From contig JACKFI010000005.1 in assembly GCA_020632555.1 (NCBI GenBank), positions 19,793-83,792 on the forward strand: a stretch of DNA of 64,000 nucleotides, given 5' to 3'. How positions within the stretch are numbered: position 1 is the first letter of the stretch; the number at the start of each line of letters is the position of its first letter. Positions 18,901 through 27,212 of this stretch are shown one piece after another. This DNA comes from Candidatus Omnitrophota bacterium. Its GTDB lineage: Bacteria > Omnitrophota > Gorgyraeia > Zapsychrales > JANLHA01. The position numbers were made by a program, and so were the translations under genes. The notes below the pieces were generated by a model. That model made no database searches. It had not been told where the DNA came from and was given only the letters and a program-made list of their open reading frames with translations.

Positions 18901-19338
18901 CCCCAATTCGGTCTGGCCGAAAGGTTCAGGAGAAATTCTGTCTTTCTCCTCGGGATTAAGATTAACCCACAGATCTTTATCGCGCGTTGTCAGTGCCGTT
19001 AAAAAATATTTGATTAATAACTGCGCTTGGTTTTGAAATTCCTTTCTAGTGAAATCGGTATTGCCGGAATCCAGATAAAAAGTAAAGCGTAATGGCTCCT
19101 CTAATGAAAACTCCAATCCCTTCATAACGAGCGGTTGAAAAATCTTGTCAGAAGAATGTACCATCTGTTGCGGAGCAGGAAGACTTTCAAGGTAGGCCTG
19201 GGATGTATCAGCAGCTACTATTGACGACATCCCAATTTGCCCTATTAAAAAAACAAAAACAATAAGGCTGTTTACACCCTTTAAAAACCAAATTTTATTT
19301 TTTCTTTTATACATATAAAATACATAGTCTAAAATCAA
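15973..19338 (-). CDS. large secreted/membrane-anchored hypothetical protein (1121 aa) with a C-terminal peptidoglycan-binding-like motif
   Basis: Long uninterrupted ORF. N-terminal hydrophobic segment and an internal TM-like segment (LIVGLVIALGVAVYG). 'RPDGDVGPETRDLV' resembles the PG_binding_1 repeat. No other domain was recognised. Confidence 0.5.
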   Translation of the reverse strand: MILDYVFYMYKRKNKIWFLKGVNSLIVFVFLIGQIGMSSIVAADTSQAYLESLPAPQQMVHSSDKIFQPLVMKGLEFSLEEPLRFTFYLDSGNTDFTRKEFQNQAQLLIKYFLTALTTRDKDLWVNLNPEEKDRISPEPFGQTELGRDLLAQDYLLKQLSSSLIYPEEKIGQEFWKKIYQNIPGISSALDGSINTLNRVWIVPEQAMIYRKGNKVLIANCRLKVLSVEDYLVFEQEAGSSQNDVSGKIAQDAFKDIIIPQLEKEINEGESFAVLRQIYHSVILAEWYKKHLQDTFLGANYAEKNKTRGLNSAEVDIKHKIYDRYAQAYQKGIYNYIREDFDPVTQDMVPRQYFSGGVKLTNVSSSTILGETNHFEDVAVNGDMYRMDGVFELRSGDRNSSGISFLKAQESLSAASSIYIEQIIEKSSSSLMQDDLPREYFLRVDQMAKGLLDYIRDQGNLSAATGGTGNILKDVATGQLIRNMLTSANIKADLYFSKKLNRKNLNEQQKAVLERADAILQQLKSYGKTSRWYFADFGTVIAAFLGEQAIYGQDYFNIYLPRDMGYGYTIQRTLSNLESTDDKDAGMFYLSRASFGQEYYDWFKQNVLSLLDQVDSKEEFMAQITGIVKDRMDKDKDFKERLEQIKDEIDRLGYGAKSHVRFIDSSTGRFPTLFQVIFKIYYPNVETKGLVIESFDQRLLPQLDTKQWRQSIQDQISEDHGMSQILVNKIAALIERTPAGSGQTTKAFFHPVEYDEETHQLHASPMHETLMADWISMAFMMGTSRYYLMVKALQDNLVQQGMEVDKAKLVTVKVIARIVGDSQIQEDKSGLTEAVVATNSDDLSRGMVDKIINDVYRSLGGQKSLEFQISPSLLSQILPKLEVEGQQVIKRNIKSLIVGLVIALGVAVYGNYDKNDTAGPDSSIMTQPVTVQNPSVVSQAAIPFVHANILTKGSKGPAFEEFKARVFATWTIFQLIDAVGALSDQINPLTGKTYGPQFKENAQAIVERAHQSGSYDQNFENLVVGIQSRFNIRPDGDVGPETRDLVKKTPQVSLPGDNNKSSSAVGGIAFSRDVTWIREVGLEQDLFPAVISSGMKNFDFDGLAPIILTVDRIDLAAEMQDQ

Positions 19339-19458
19339 GAGGGAACTCTTGAAAGTTGATCTTTAAATCACAAAATTTCTAATTTGAGAACATTGTTCAA
19401 GAAGAATGGATGGTCTGCAACACAGCTAAATATTACCATTTATCAAAGTAAAAGGCAA

Positions 19459-19479
19459 AAAGCATTTTTTGTCCTGTCC
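19459..19479. repeat. 21-bp direct repeat flanking the ISNCY element (left copy)
   Basis: AAAGCATTTTTTGTCCTGTCC is identical to 20899..20919. Confidence 0.85.
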
Positions 19480-20898
19480 AGCCAAATTAAAAATGTCCTA
19501 GTTTAACCAAATTAAAAATGTCCTAATTTTAGAAGTTTCGTAAGCTCCCTTTGAGCTTAAACCCGTTGCGCCAATATGACCCCCTAGGCGGCACATATCG
19601 CGGCAATCTTTTGACCTTTTTGACAACGGCAACCTTAACCTCTGGCTGCGGCCGTTGGTCTATCGGTTTAAACGCTAATGGCTGCTTCCCATACTTGATC
19701 GCCAGCCGGCCATTTAAATACTCAAAAACTACCACCTGCCGAGCCCGCGTTTTATCTGTCACCTGATACAACCGGCGTTCATGCAACACGGTTCGGTCAT
19801 TGCGTAACACATGCCCTGTCTGTACGGACAATATCTCGTCGAGTTTAACGCTCTTATCAATCGGCCGATGCATATCACCCAACAACCGCGCTACTACCCT
19901 AAAGCGCTTATTAAACTTCGGCAAATACGTTTTTAAGAATGCGTTGGCTTCTTCACAACTCTTAATCCCGGCCAACCGCATCTCTTTAACCAACCGGTCT
20001 TGCAATGTCTTAAAAACACGCTCGATGCGTCCCTTGGCCTGCGGACTATGCGCATGAATAACTTCGATCCCAAGTTGCTTGCATGCTCGCTCAAACTGCG
20101 TCAGCTCTTCTTTGTCCTCAAAATCCCAATTCGCATAGCGATATCTTTTCTTAGCATTGCTTTTATACGTCGCATGCTTATCAAGATACAATTGCACCGG
20201 CAATCCATACTTCTGGGCGTAAGACTTTAACCCGCCCATCGCCGGTTTGGTCCCCTCATACTCAAAGAACAACCCATCAAAATTACTCGTTGCGTCGTCG
20301 ATAAATCCCATCAAGACCAACTTCGGTCCTCGGTCTTCCAGCCAAAGATGATGACTCCCGTCCATCTGCACCATTTGCCCAAACCGTTCCTTACGGGCTC
20401 GCCAACTGCGCTCTTTAACTTTTCGACGCTTGCCCTCATGCCATAATCCTTCTGCTATCAGCCACAGCCGCAATGTCTCATCACTAATCTTAATATGATC
20501 TAATTCCCAAAGTTTCTCGCTGGCTAAAAGTGGACCAAATCCCTTGTATCGCTCACGGTACAAACCCAAAATCCTTTCACGTACCGCTTTGGCAACACTA
20601 CGCCGTCCTTTGCATCCTCGCGATCGGTGGATGACTCCGCGTTCTCCTTCCTTGCGTACCCGTCGGACAATCCGCCTAATCTGTCGATCACTTAATTCTA
20701 AGATCTCGGACGCTTCCTGCTGGTTAATACTTTTGTCAAAGACCTTCCCAATAATTTGATAACGCTTTATCTCCTTTGACCTTACCATCATCATGTCCTC
20801 TCTGTGAACCATAACGCCTCCTTTATTGCGTTATGGTAGGTTATCAGATTAGGACATTTTTATTTTGGTCAATTAGGACATTATCATTTTGGGGTTAC
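19480..20898 (-). mobile_element. ISNCY-family (IS1202-group-like) insertion sequence
   Basis: Single transposase ORF. The imperfect terminal inverted repeats each contain two copies of a ~19-bp motif: CCAAATTAAAAATGTCCTA at 19482 and 19507, and its complement at 20850 and 20874. It is bounded by a 21-bp direct repeat. Confidence 0.7.
19529..20812 (-). CDS. ISNCY-family transposase (HTH + integrase-core/rve DDE domain)
   Basis: The N-terminus 'KEIKRYQIIGKVFDKSINQQEASEILELSDRQIRRIVRRVRKEGERGVIHRSRG' is typical of ISNCY transposases. The central region has a DDE-like core. Confidence 0.8.
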   Translation of the reverse strand: MVHREDMMMVRSKEIKRYQIIGKVFDKSINQQEASEILELSDRQIRRIVRRVRKEGERGVIHRSRGCKGRRSVAKAVRERILGLYRERYKGFGPLLASEKLWELDHIKISDETLRLWLIAEGLWHEGKRRKVKERSWRARKERFGQMVQMDGSHHLWLEDRGPKLVLMGFIDDATSNFDGLFFEYEGTKPAMGGLKSYAQKYGLPVQLYLDKHATYKSNAKKRYRYANWDFEDKEELTQFERACKQLGIEVIHAHSPQAKGRIERVFKTLQDRLVKEMRLAGIKSCEEANAFLKTYLPKFNKRFRVVARLLGDMHRPIDKSVKLDEILSVQTGHVLRNDRTVLHERRLYQVTDKTRARQVVVFEYLNGRLAIKYGKQPLAFKPIDQRPQPEVKVAVVKKVKRLPRYVPPRGSYWRNGFKLKGSLRNF

Positions 20899-20919
20899 AA
20901 AGCATTTTTTGTCCTGTCC
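20899..20919. repeat. 21-bp direct repeat flanking the ISNCY element (right copy)
   Basis: AAAGCATTTTTTGTCCTGTCC is identical to 19459..19479. Confidence 0.85.
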
Positions 20920-20999
20920 TGCAGGGAATAATCGACACTATTCCATATTTTTCAATATTCTATTTAAACTGCAGCTTGACTTTCGGGCAAGTAAATTTG

Positions 21000-21666
21000 T
21001 TAACTATGGCCTTTCGCTCTTTGAATCATAAAGTCAATATTTTCATTGGAATTGCGCACAATAATGTTCTTTTGCGAAAAACGTTTTTGCCAAACTCTAA
21101 AAACCTCATCCGCAAAGGCTTGTCCAACACCATTAATTCCGGCAAAATCCAAAACAATCGTTTCAAAAGCGTCCAACCCAACCAATATCCTTCGAGCCTG
21201 TGAACGTGAAACATATTCATGCCCTATCTGAAATAACCGAACAAGAATTTGTGTTTTACAAACTCGAAAGCGTCATTTGAGAAACTCCGAAAAACATCCT
21301 CCAGTTGACGATGAGAAGTCAAAGAAATGGAAAAAAACTTTTATCCCCACAACAGCTGCACAATCAGCAACAATCACATCCTCGATAAAATTATCAAATA
21401 TCAGTTTCTTCGTGTCGCTTTTAATCATTAATCGATCGGCAACCTTCGATGTAAAGAAAAATTCCTTCCCCACTATGCGCTTGGGGAGCGGTCGTTTGTT
21501 TTCCTTTAATTAGCTCTGCCGATCAGTTGGATTATCCCTTCGTCCTTGAGTTCTTGGAAAAACGATGGACATAAACACGACTAAATCCAGTAGCTTTAAC
21601 CATGTCGGTCACAGTCAAACAACCTTGATTCTGTAATCTCTTCAAAGTTGTTTTTGTAACATCCAT
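21000..21666 (-). pseudogene. decayed wHTH + STAS-like (DUF4325) regulator gene, with at least three frameshifts
   Basis: Own translation. MDVTKTTLKRLQNQGCLTVTDMVKATGFSRVYVHRF continues in another frame as FQELKDEGIIQLIGRA, shifting at a T5 run. It then continues as LKENKRPLPKRIVGKEFFFTSKVADRL... (ORF 21273..21473). The DUF4325-like tail IGHEYVSRSQARRILVGLDAFETIVLDFAGINGVGQAFADEVF lies in a third frame. Confidence 0.45.
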
Positions 21667-21815
21667 CTAACCTCTTAACATAACAACTTCAGAGCATATC
21701 AATAAAAAAGGTTTTGAAAAGGTTCTGGAACATTTCCAAAAGTGCCAAGCTCAGTTTCCCAGCTTTAACATATTCGATGGGCACCGTTTGGGCACTAGTT
21801 GTTCCATCCCTACAC

Positions 21816-22685
21816 TTAATCGCTAAATCCAAGCAATTTGTCCCTATTGACTCGATAGAAAAGGCCCAAAGGCCGCATGCTGATAAATAGAGAATAAACA
21901 AAAAGGAATCCCTCTAAAATATATCCCAAAAATGGAACATGTCCTAATATCACTGCTTCCACCCAAGAATTAAAAGAAAATAGAATTAACCAAAAAATAA
22001 CGAGACTCGTATAAGGAACAATCGTGCGAATAATCGAGAAAAAGATATTGATAAGATTCAGTGAATATAGGTTCTCATTTAAAGCGACACTCAGAAAGCA
22101 CATTGGAAAAAAATAGGTGCCTAAAATTATCAGAAGCCAATATATCAAATCATTTTCTTTAACCTGTGTAAAATAAAATAATGCAGGAGCGTAACATAAG
22201 AGTCCCGCGGCAACCAATAATAGACTTGTTCCTATCCAATCTTTCCATAATGTTCCGTCGGGCCATTCAGGCGGTTCGTCACTATAGGGCACTATCGAAG
22301 CCCTCAGGATATTAACCAAACAAGCTGTCGTATAAAAAAATAAAAACGGGCCTAAAAGAAACCCAATGAAAAGCACCCCCATCATCAAGTTCAAAATAGT
22401 AAAAAATACAGTTCCACCGAGCAGGAGATACGGGCCATTTCCTTTAAATGGATATACGAATATTCTTGGTAACTGTTGCCAGAAATTTTCATCGGCAACC
22501 ATGATTTGAGCCTCTTCATCAACTTTAGGGGCAACATCCTCAACACATCTCCCACCACATTCTTTACAAATATAGGCCACGTACGGTCTAAAATGCTTTT
22601 CCTTGATACATCCTCGACAAAAGGCATTTCTGCAACTCTCGCAATGAAATACAGCGTCTTTATTATTATGATTTTTACACCACAT
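21816..22685 (-). CDS. membrane protein with an N-terminal B-box/zinc-ribbon-like Cys cluster
   Basis: The N-terminus 'WCKNHNNKDAVFHCESCRNAFCRGCIKEKH...YICKECGGRC' (CxxH/CxxC pairs) is followed by about 6 predicted TM helices. Confidence 0.45.
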   Translation of the reverse strand: MWCKNHNNKDAVFHCESCRNAFCRGCIKEKHFRPYVAYICKECGGRCVEDVAPKVDEEAQIMVADENFWQQLPRIFVYPFKGNGPYLLLGGTVFFTILNLMMGVLFIGFLLGPFLFFYTTACLVNILRASIVPYSDEPPEWPDGTLWKDWIGTSLLLVAAGLLCYAPALFYFTQVKENDLIYWLLIILGTYFFPMCFLSVALNENLYSLNLINIFFSIIRTIVPYTSLVIFWLILFSFNSWVEAVILGHVPFLGYILEGFLFVYSLFISMRPLGLFYRVNRDKLLGFSD

Positions 22686-22695
22686 ATTGAGAAAT

Positions 22696-23262
22696 TTATT
22701 TGGGGTTTATCAGAAGAATATCGCTAAACTGCTTTTTAATTTTAGGGAGGGTTAAGAAATAAATGGGTAATAAATAACACAGCATCTGCACGAGGACAGT
22801 TTGTATATAGGGCCATTTATTGGACAAAAAAAATTGTGGGTCTATATCGACATATTTTCTCATCATTTCTAGTAGACAGGCATTTCCATTCAAATGAACA
22901 TAGATTTCAATATATGATTTTACAGATTGAAAAATCAAAATAGCTAATAGCATACTGCATGAGTATATGACGAGTAACCGGGCCCAATTTTTAGAACGGA
23001 TAAGAAATATGGCCCCGAGAAGCAGACCAATACTACTCAACGTTGCTTTAATCAGGTCTAAAATAATTCCCAATATCATTTGAATAAAGTAAGGGTGTTT
23101 TAAAACGGTTTCCTGATTATGAGCAAAATAAAAAAATGTTTTAGGGAGACTTTTAAAAAGGAACAGATTCGTCCATAGATGAGCAAGGAATAAAAAGAAA
23201 ACAAATATTCCAATAAAGATAAGGCTACGGCTCCTTTTTATAGTATTGCTTTGTTCTGCCAT
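22696..23262 (-). CDS. hypothetical polytopic membrane protein
   Basis: 188-aa ORF with 4-5 hydrophobic helices. No motif was recognised. Confidence 0.4.
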   Translation of the reverse strand: MAEQSNTIKRSRSLIFIGIFVFFLFLAHLWTNLFLFKSLPKTFFYFAHNQETVLKHPYFIQMILGIILDLIKATLSSIGLLLGAIFLIRSKNWARLLVIYSCSMLLAILIFQSVKSYIEIYVHLNGNACLLEMMRKYVDIDPQFFLSNKWPYIQTVLVQMLCYLLPIYFLTLPKIKKQFSDILLINPK

Positions 23263-23289
23263 AGTTAACAGGCCCTTCCTACATCTAAT

Positions 23290-23469
23290 TTAATTCGGAT
23301 TTTTAACCCATTTCAAATGAGATAAGCGATGCTTGCGAATCAGGTCTTTTGCAGACTTATTGATGGTTTTAGGTTGCAAACCTCGGCGGGCCATTTTATT
23401 TCTTATCTCATGCAAAATCCAAAGCGCTTGGTCTTCATTCTTGTTGTAATCATTTTTATAAGCTGCCAT
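23290..23469 (-). CDS. unannotated 59-aa ORF overlapping the 3' end of the PIN gene; candidate cognate antitoxin/partner
   Basis: Own translation: MAAYKNDYNKNEDQALWILHEIRNKMARRGLQPKTINKSAKDLIRKHRLSHLKWVKNPN. The RBS GGGAGG is 8 nt upstream, inside the PIN gene, and the overlap is 14 nt. It falls just under the 60-aa ORF-track cutoff. Confidence 0.35.
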   Translation of the reverse strand: MAAYKNDYNKNEDQALWILHEIRNKMARRGLQPKTINKSAKDLIRKHRLSHLKWVKNPN

Positions 23470-23935
23470 ATTTTTCGCCTCCCAAATTTTGAATCGTTAT
23501 AATTTCCACCGGCGCAAAACCTTGCCCCAAGTTAATATCATGAATCGCTTTAATCGTTTTTAAATTGACAATATGTTTGAAGTTCCAAGAAACCACGGCA
23601 TCTAATTTGTAATATGTCGCCACCGCCAAATGGATTGAATCATTTATCTCATGCGGGATTGCCTTCTTGCGATATTCTGCGGCAATCTTAACAACAGCAT
23701 TATCTATCTCCAAAACTTGAATGGCATGACAGTCAATCAAATTCAACATCTCATTTTTTATTGCGTCATCGGGATGTGCGCTGATTTCTTCCAAAACAAG
23801 CGTAGAAATAAAAGGAGAAAAACCTTTTAAATCATTCTGACACCATTTTTGCGTCATTAACTGACGCATGGGTTTACGCAAATCAAAATATGCAGATAAA
23901 ATTGATGTATCGAGATAAATTTTAAGTTGAAGCAT
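23456..23935 (-). CDS. PIN-domain ribonuclease (VapC-like toxin)
   Basis: 'IYLDTSIL' provides the first acidic residue. 'LVLEEI', 'INDSIHLAVA' and 'VVSWNFKH' fit the PIN acidic quartet layout. Confidence 0.7.
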   Translation of the reverse strand: MLQLKIYLDTSILSAYFDLRKPMRQLMTQKWCQNDLKGFSPFISTLVLEEISAHPDDAIKNEMLNLIDCHAIQVLEIDNAVVKIAAEYRKKAIPHEINDSIHLAVATYYKLDAVVSWNFKHIVNLKTIKAIHDINLGQGFAPVEIITIQNLGGEKYGSL

Positions 23936-23984
23936 AGCTAAGTATAACCTTTGACCGGAGGAAGGTCAATTTCTTTGCCTTTTA

Positions 23985-25418
23985 GTGGAGTTTCCCCAAA
24001 ATTTTCAAGGTTAACTGTTAACCAAACCCAAATGACAGTTGTTTGCTCTGTGCTATATCAATATTGGGTTCGTGTTCTTCCCACCGCATGTTGAATAATA
24101 ACCGGTAAATTCCATCCGCCACAGCATAATGTTTGAACACTGGCACTTCAAAAAATCGTTTAGAACGTTCAATAATCTTGCGCAATAAAATACTCATTCG
24201 CAATTTCTGCCCTAAACACACACTGACAAAATAAAACACTGCATGCAATAAGGCCACTGTGTTACGAATACTTTGATATCGTCTGACACGGACATCTTCC
24301 AAATGATACTCATGTTTGAGGAATCTAAACGATTCTTCACACTTCCAACGCGTTAGATAAATTTCTAATATCTGTCTAGCGTTCTTATCTACATTACTCA
24401 TTAACAACATCGGCTCACGTCCGAATCCCTTAATCACAATAAGCCGTACTTCAACCCCTTCAATAAAAAGATTTTCTTTTGTCCCTAACTGCACGCGCAC
24501 ATTCTCTTCGCACCCTTCACGGTCAATGCTAATCTGGTAATGCTCCGTATATTGTATGCTTCTAACTAAATTTGGTATTTTGCGCTCATGTCCATATTGA
24601 TCTGTAAAATGCCGGTCTCCGCGCAAACGTATTACAAAACTTTGTTTTAATCTCCCTAATTCCTCGACGAGAATATGCCGATCGCACCCGCGATCCATAG
24701 CCCATATCCCACGACCTTTTGTCTTTGCACTGACCATCCGAATCGCTTTTAGTATCTGCTCATTTTCGCTTTCAAAACCCTCAACCTTATGTGAATATAA
24801 TTCGCTATACAACGGCACCAATGCTTCTTTGTCAACCTGGGCTGCGATCACTTCGCATAACCAATAACCATCTCCAATATCACCTTTTGAACCATCCCAA
24901 ACTTTGGCTAATCCTTCCATCTTTTTTGCAAACGGTTTGTGCACATCCGATAAATCTAAAGCCAATACCGTATCCTCTTTGATCCGCCATTGACTATCTG
25001 CTATCAAAACCGAATTGATCCTCTGCGTTAAATCTTCGGATTTAAGTTGCCGCGATAATCTGTTTTCTGTTTTAATCAATCGGATATCTTCTTTTAAACT
25101 TCGCGCTATATTTGACAACTTGATATCTCGCGCCGCCTGTATACCAAAGAGCACTTGCCCTACAAACTTTTTCTTTCGCTTGTTTAATCCCTTTGTAATC
25201 CGATTGGTATATTGCTCAATTTGCTGTTGTACTTTTTTGCTGTCCGGTATATTATTTTTCATGGGATTCCTTCCTCGTGTTTTGGGGAATCTTTTTCCCC
25301 TTTTTGTTGGCAAACAATACTAACACGATAGGAATCCCGTTTCACTTCCTAAATTACTTTACACATGTATTCTCAATAACTTACGAATTATTCCTCATGA
25401 ATTTTGGGGAAACTCCTG
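23985..25418 (-). mobile_element. IS4-family-like insertion sequence
   Basis: 17-bp terminal inverted repeats: GGAGTTTCCCCAAAATT at 23987-24003 and AATTTTGGGGAAACTCC at 25400-25416. 12-bp direct repeat CTTTGCCTTTTA at 23973-23984 and 25419-25430. Confidence 0.75.
24018..25313 (-). CDS. IS4-family DDE transposase
   Basis: 'YLTRWKCEESFRFLKHEY' matches the Y(2)R(3)E(6)K-type signature region of IS4-like DDE_Tnp_1 transposases. Confidence 0.8.
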   Translation of the reverse strand: MPTKRGKRFPKTRGRNPMKNNIPDSKKVQQQIEQYTNRITKGLNKRKKKFVGQVLFGIQAARDIKLSNIARSLKEDIRLIKTENRLSRQLKSEDLTQRINSVLIADSQWRIKEDTVLALDLSDVHKPFAKKMEGLAKVWDGSKGDIGDGYWLCEVIAAQVDKEALVPLYSELYSHKVEGFESENEQILKAIRMVSAKTKGRGIWAMDRGCDRHILVEELGRLKQSFVIRLRGDRHFTDQYGHERKIPNLVRSIQYTEHYQISIDREGCEENVRVQLGTKENLFIEGVEVRLIVIKGFGREPMLLMSNVDKNARQILEIYLTRWKCEESFRFLKHEYHLEDVRVRRYQSIRNTVALLHAVFYFVSVCLGQKLRMSILLRKIIERSKRFFEVPVFKHYAVADGIYRLLFNMRWEEHEPNIDIAQSKQLSFGFG

Positions 25419-26055
25419 CTTTGCCTTTTATAATCTCCACCCATCAAGGAATTACTAATCTTGGGCATCGTTTGAGCACTAAAAAATAGGCATAGCCTTT
25501 TTCTCATAATCTTCAAATAATCCAGAATTCTCCACAACGCCAGTGACTTTATTGAACGTCATTAAAATCGGGCAACTATAAGTGACAAAAATAGGGTGAT
25601 TCGGGAATGCTATCGGATTGTTCGTCATGGAATTTCTCACATAAGGCCCTTCAGCATAAAATTTATATCCCCAAATTTTCTGATTCACTGTTAAGGGCAA
25701 ATATCCTGCTTTATCAATATACTGTTTCCACAATACTGAGTCGGTTGAGTATCTTTCAAAATCAGTTTCCCATTCAGGGATGCCAAACCATTCTTGAATT
25801 TCCTTCTCAGTTGTCTGACCTTTTTCTATACTTTTAAATAAAATTTTAGCAATTTTATAACGTTCAGATTCTTCCTGCGAAGTAAGCGGCTTTCCCGGCT
25901 GTATCTGACTATTTAATTCTTTCATCCTATCAATGAACTGTTGTTTTGGCTTTCCCAAAATGGCGTCATTCATTTCCTGCTCCAAAACTTTATCTTCATC
26001 AAGCCCGAAGCTTGCTTCATAATGATTGACCTTCCCCAATCTAGTGGACGGTTTA

Positions 26056-26892
26056 TTAAGACAGGAACGCCTGCCTTTCGTACTCTAGGGGGCTCAAATA
26101 ACCCAGCGTTGAATGAGCCCGTTTGCGATTGTAATACATTTCCACGTACTCAAAGATTTTTCTTTTCGCTTCTTCTCGAGTTTTGAACTTCATCCGATGA
26201 ATCAACTCGACTTTGAGCGTATGAAAAAAACTCTCAGCGACGGCATTGTCCCAGCAATCGCCCTTCTTACTCATGCTGCCAACAAACTCATTCTGGATCA
26301 GTATCGCCTTAAAATCATTGCTGGCATACTGACTACCGCGATCAGAATGAAGAATCAACCCTTTGCCGGGGCGGCGACTAAAAATTGCCTGACGCATAGC
26401 TTGTGTCGTTAATGTATCGGCAATCGTTTTATCCATCGCTAAACCAACAATAACACGCGAGTACAGATCAAGTACTGCCGCCAAATATAACCAACCCTCG
26501 AATGTCCAGATATATGTTATATCCGAAACCCAGATAGTATTGGGCTTCTCAACCATGACGTTGCGGTTGAGAATATTTGGCCACACCGGATAATTATGCT
26601 TCGAGTTCGTCGTCACCCGGAACTTACGCTTCTGGATGGCAACAATATCGTTGATACGCATAACTCGAGCAACACGATTCTGTGAACAACGCATATGTTC
26701 TACATTATGCAATTCGTTCCAACTCCGTGGGCTACCGTAATTGCTCTGGTTAGCCACGAACACTCGCCTGATCTCAATGAGCAATGTTTCGTTGTTAATT
26801 CTGTTTTGGCTTTTAGGCCGCCGTTTAAACGCGTAATACCCGCTCCGCGACACTTCCAACGCCCGGCACATCTTCTGGAGCGCAAAGACCAA
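26056..26892 (-). CDS. IS3-family transposase OrfB (integrase core, DDE)
   Basis: 'LEVSRSGYYAFKRR', 'WVSDITYI', 'HSDRGSQYAS' and 'NAVAESFFHTLKVE' are canonical IS3 OrfB motifs. Confidence 0.9.
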   Translation of the reverse strand: MVFALQKMCRALEVSRSGYYAFKRRPKSQNRINNETLLIEIRRVFVANQSNYGSPRSWNELHNVEHMRCSQNRVARVMRINDIVAIQKRKFRVTTNSKHNYPVWPNILNRNVMVEKPNTIWVSDITYIWTFEGWLYLAAVLDLYSRVIVGLAMDKTIADTLTTQAMRQAIFSRRPGKGLILHSDRGSQYASNDFKAILIQNEFVGSMSKKGDCWDNAVAESFFHTLKVELIHRMKFKTREEAKRKIFEYVEMYYNRKRAHSTLGYLSPLEYERQAFLS

Positions 26893-26903
26893 TCGGTTAT
26901 CGT

Positions 26904-27212
26904 CTATGAACCTGAACCGTTCTCGGTCGTTTTTGAAAATATGCCGACTGCTTTTTTTAGGATGTCACGCTCCATCTCAACGTCGCGCAACTGACGTCTA
27001 AGCGCGGCCAGCTCCGTCAAATGACCTTTACCGGGGAAAGCCTTCTCCCCTTGATCGCCAAACTTCTTTTTCCAAAGGTAAAGTTGGTTTTCATTGATCC
27101 CTAAGCTACGAGCAACTTCGGCTGCCTTGTGACCCCCCTCGGTAACCATCTTGACTGCGGAAATTTTAAAATCTCGGTCAAATCGCCGCTTTTTCCCTTG
27201 TTCATTTTGCAT
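26904..27212 (-). CDS. IS3-family transposase OrfA (HTH)
   Basis: 'RRFDRDFKISAVKMV...AEVARSLGINENQLYLWKKKF' is the typical IS3/IS911 OrfA HTH plus leucine zipper. Confidence 0.9.
   Translation of the reverse strand: MQNEQGKKRRFDRDFKISAVKMVTEGGHKAAEVARSLGINENQLYLWKKKFGDQGEKAFPGKGHLTELAALRRQLRDVEMERDILKKAVGIFSKTTENGSGS
26952..26958 (-). promoter_or_regulatory. programmed -1 ribosomal frameshift heptamer A AAA AAA of the IS3 element
   Basis: The minus strand reads CTA AAA AAA GCA near the end of orfA. The -1 frame continues as KSSRHIFKNDRERFRFIDDNRLVFALQ into OrfB. Confidence 0.7.

Noticed and set aside
21026-21901. Small ORFs 21026..21220, 21046..21231, 21277..21513 and 21689..21901
   Set aside because: They overlap the frameshifted regulator remnant or the 3' end of the zinc-ribbon membrane protein gene in other frames. 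They have no independent support.
25431-25478. Possible interrupted antitoxin gene upstream of the PIN toxin, reconstructed by deleting the IS4-like element
   Set aside because: The rejoined sequence yields only an 18-codon ORF (MPKISNSLMGGDYKRQRN), which is too short and featureless to call.
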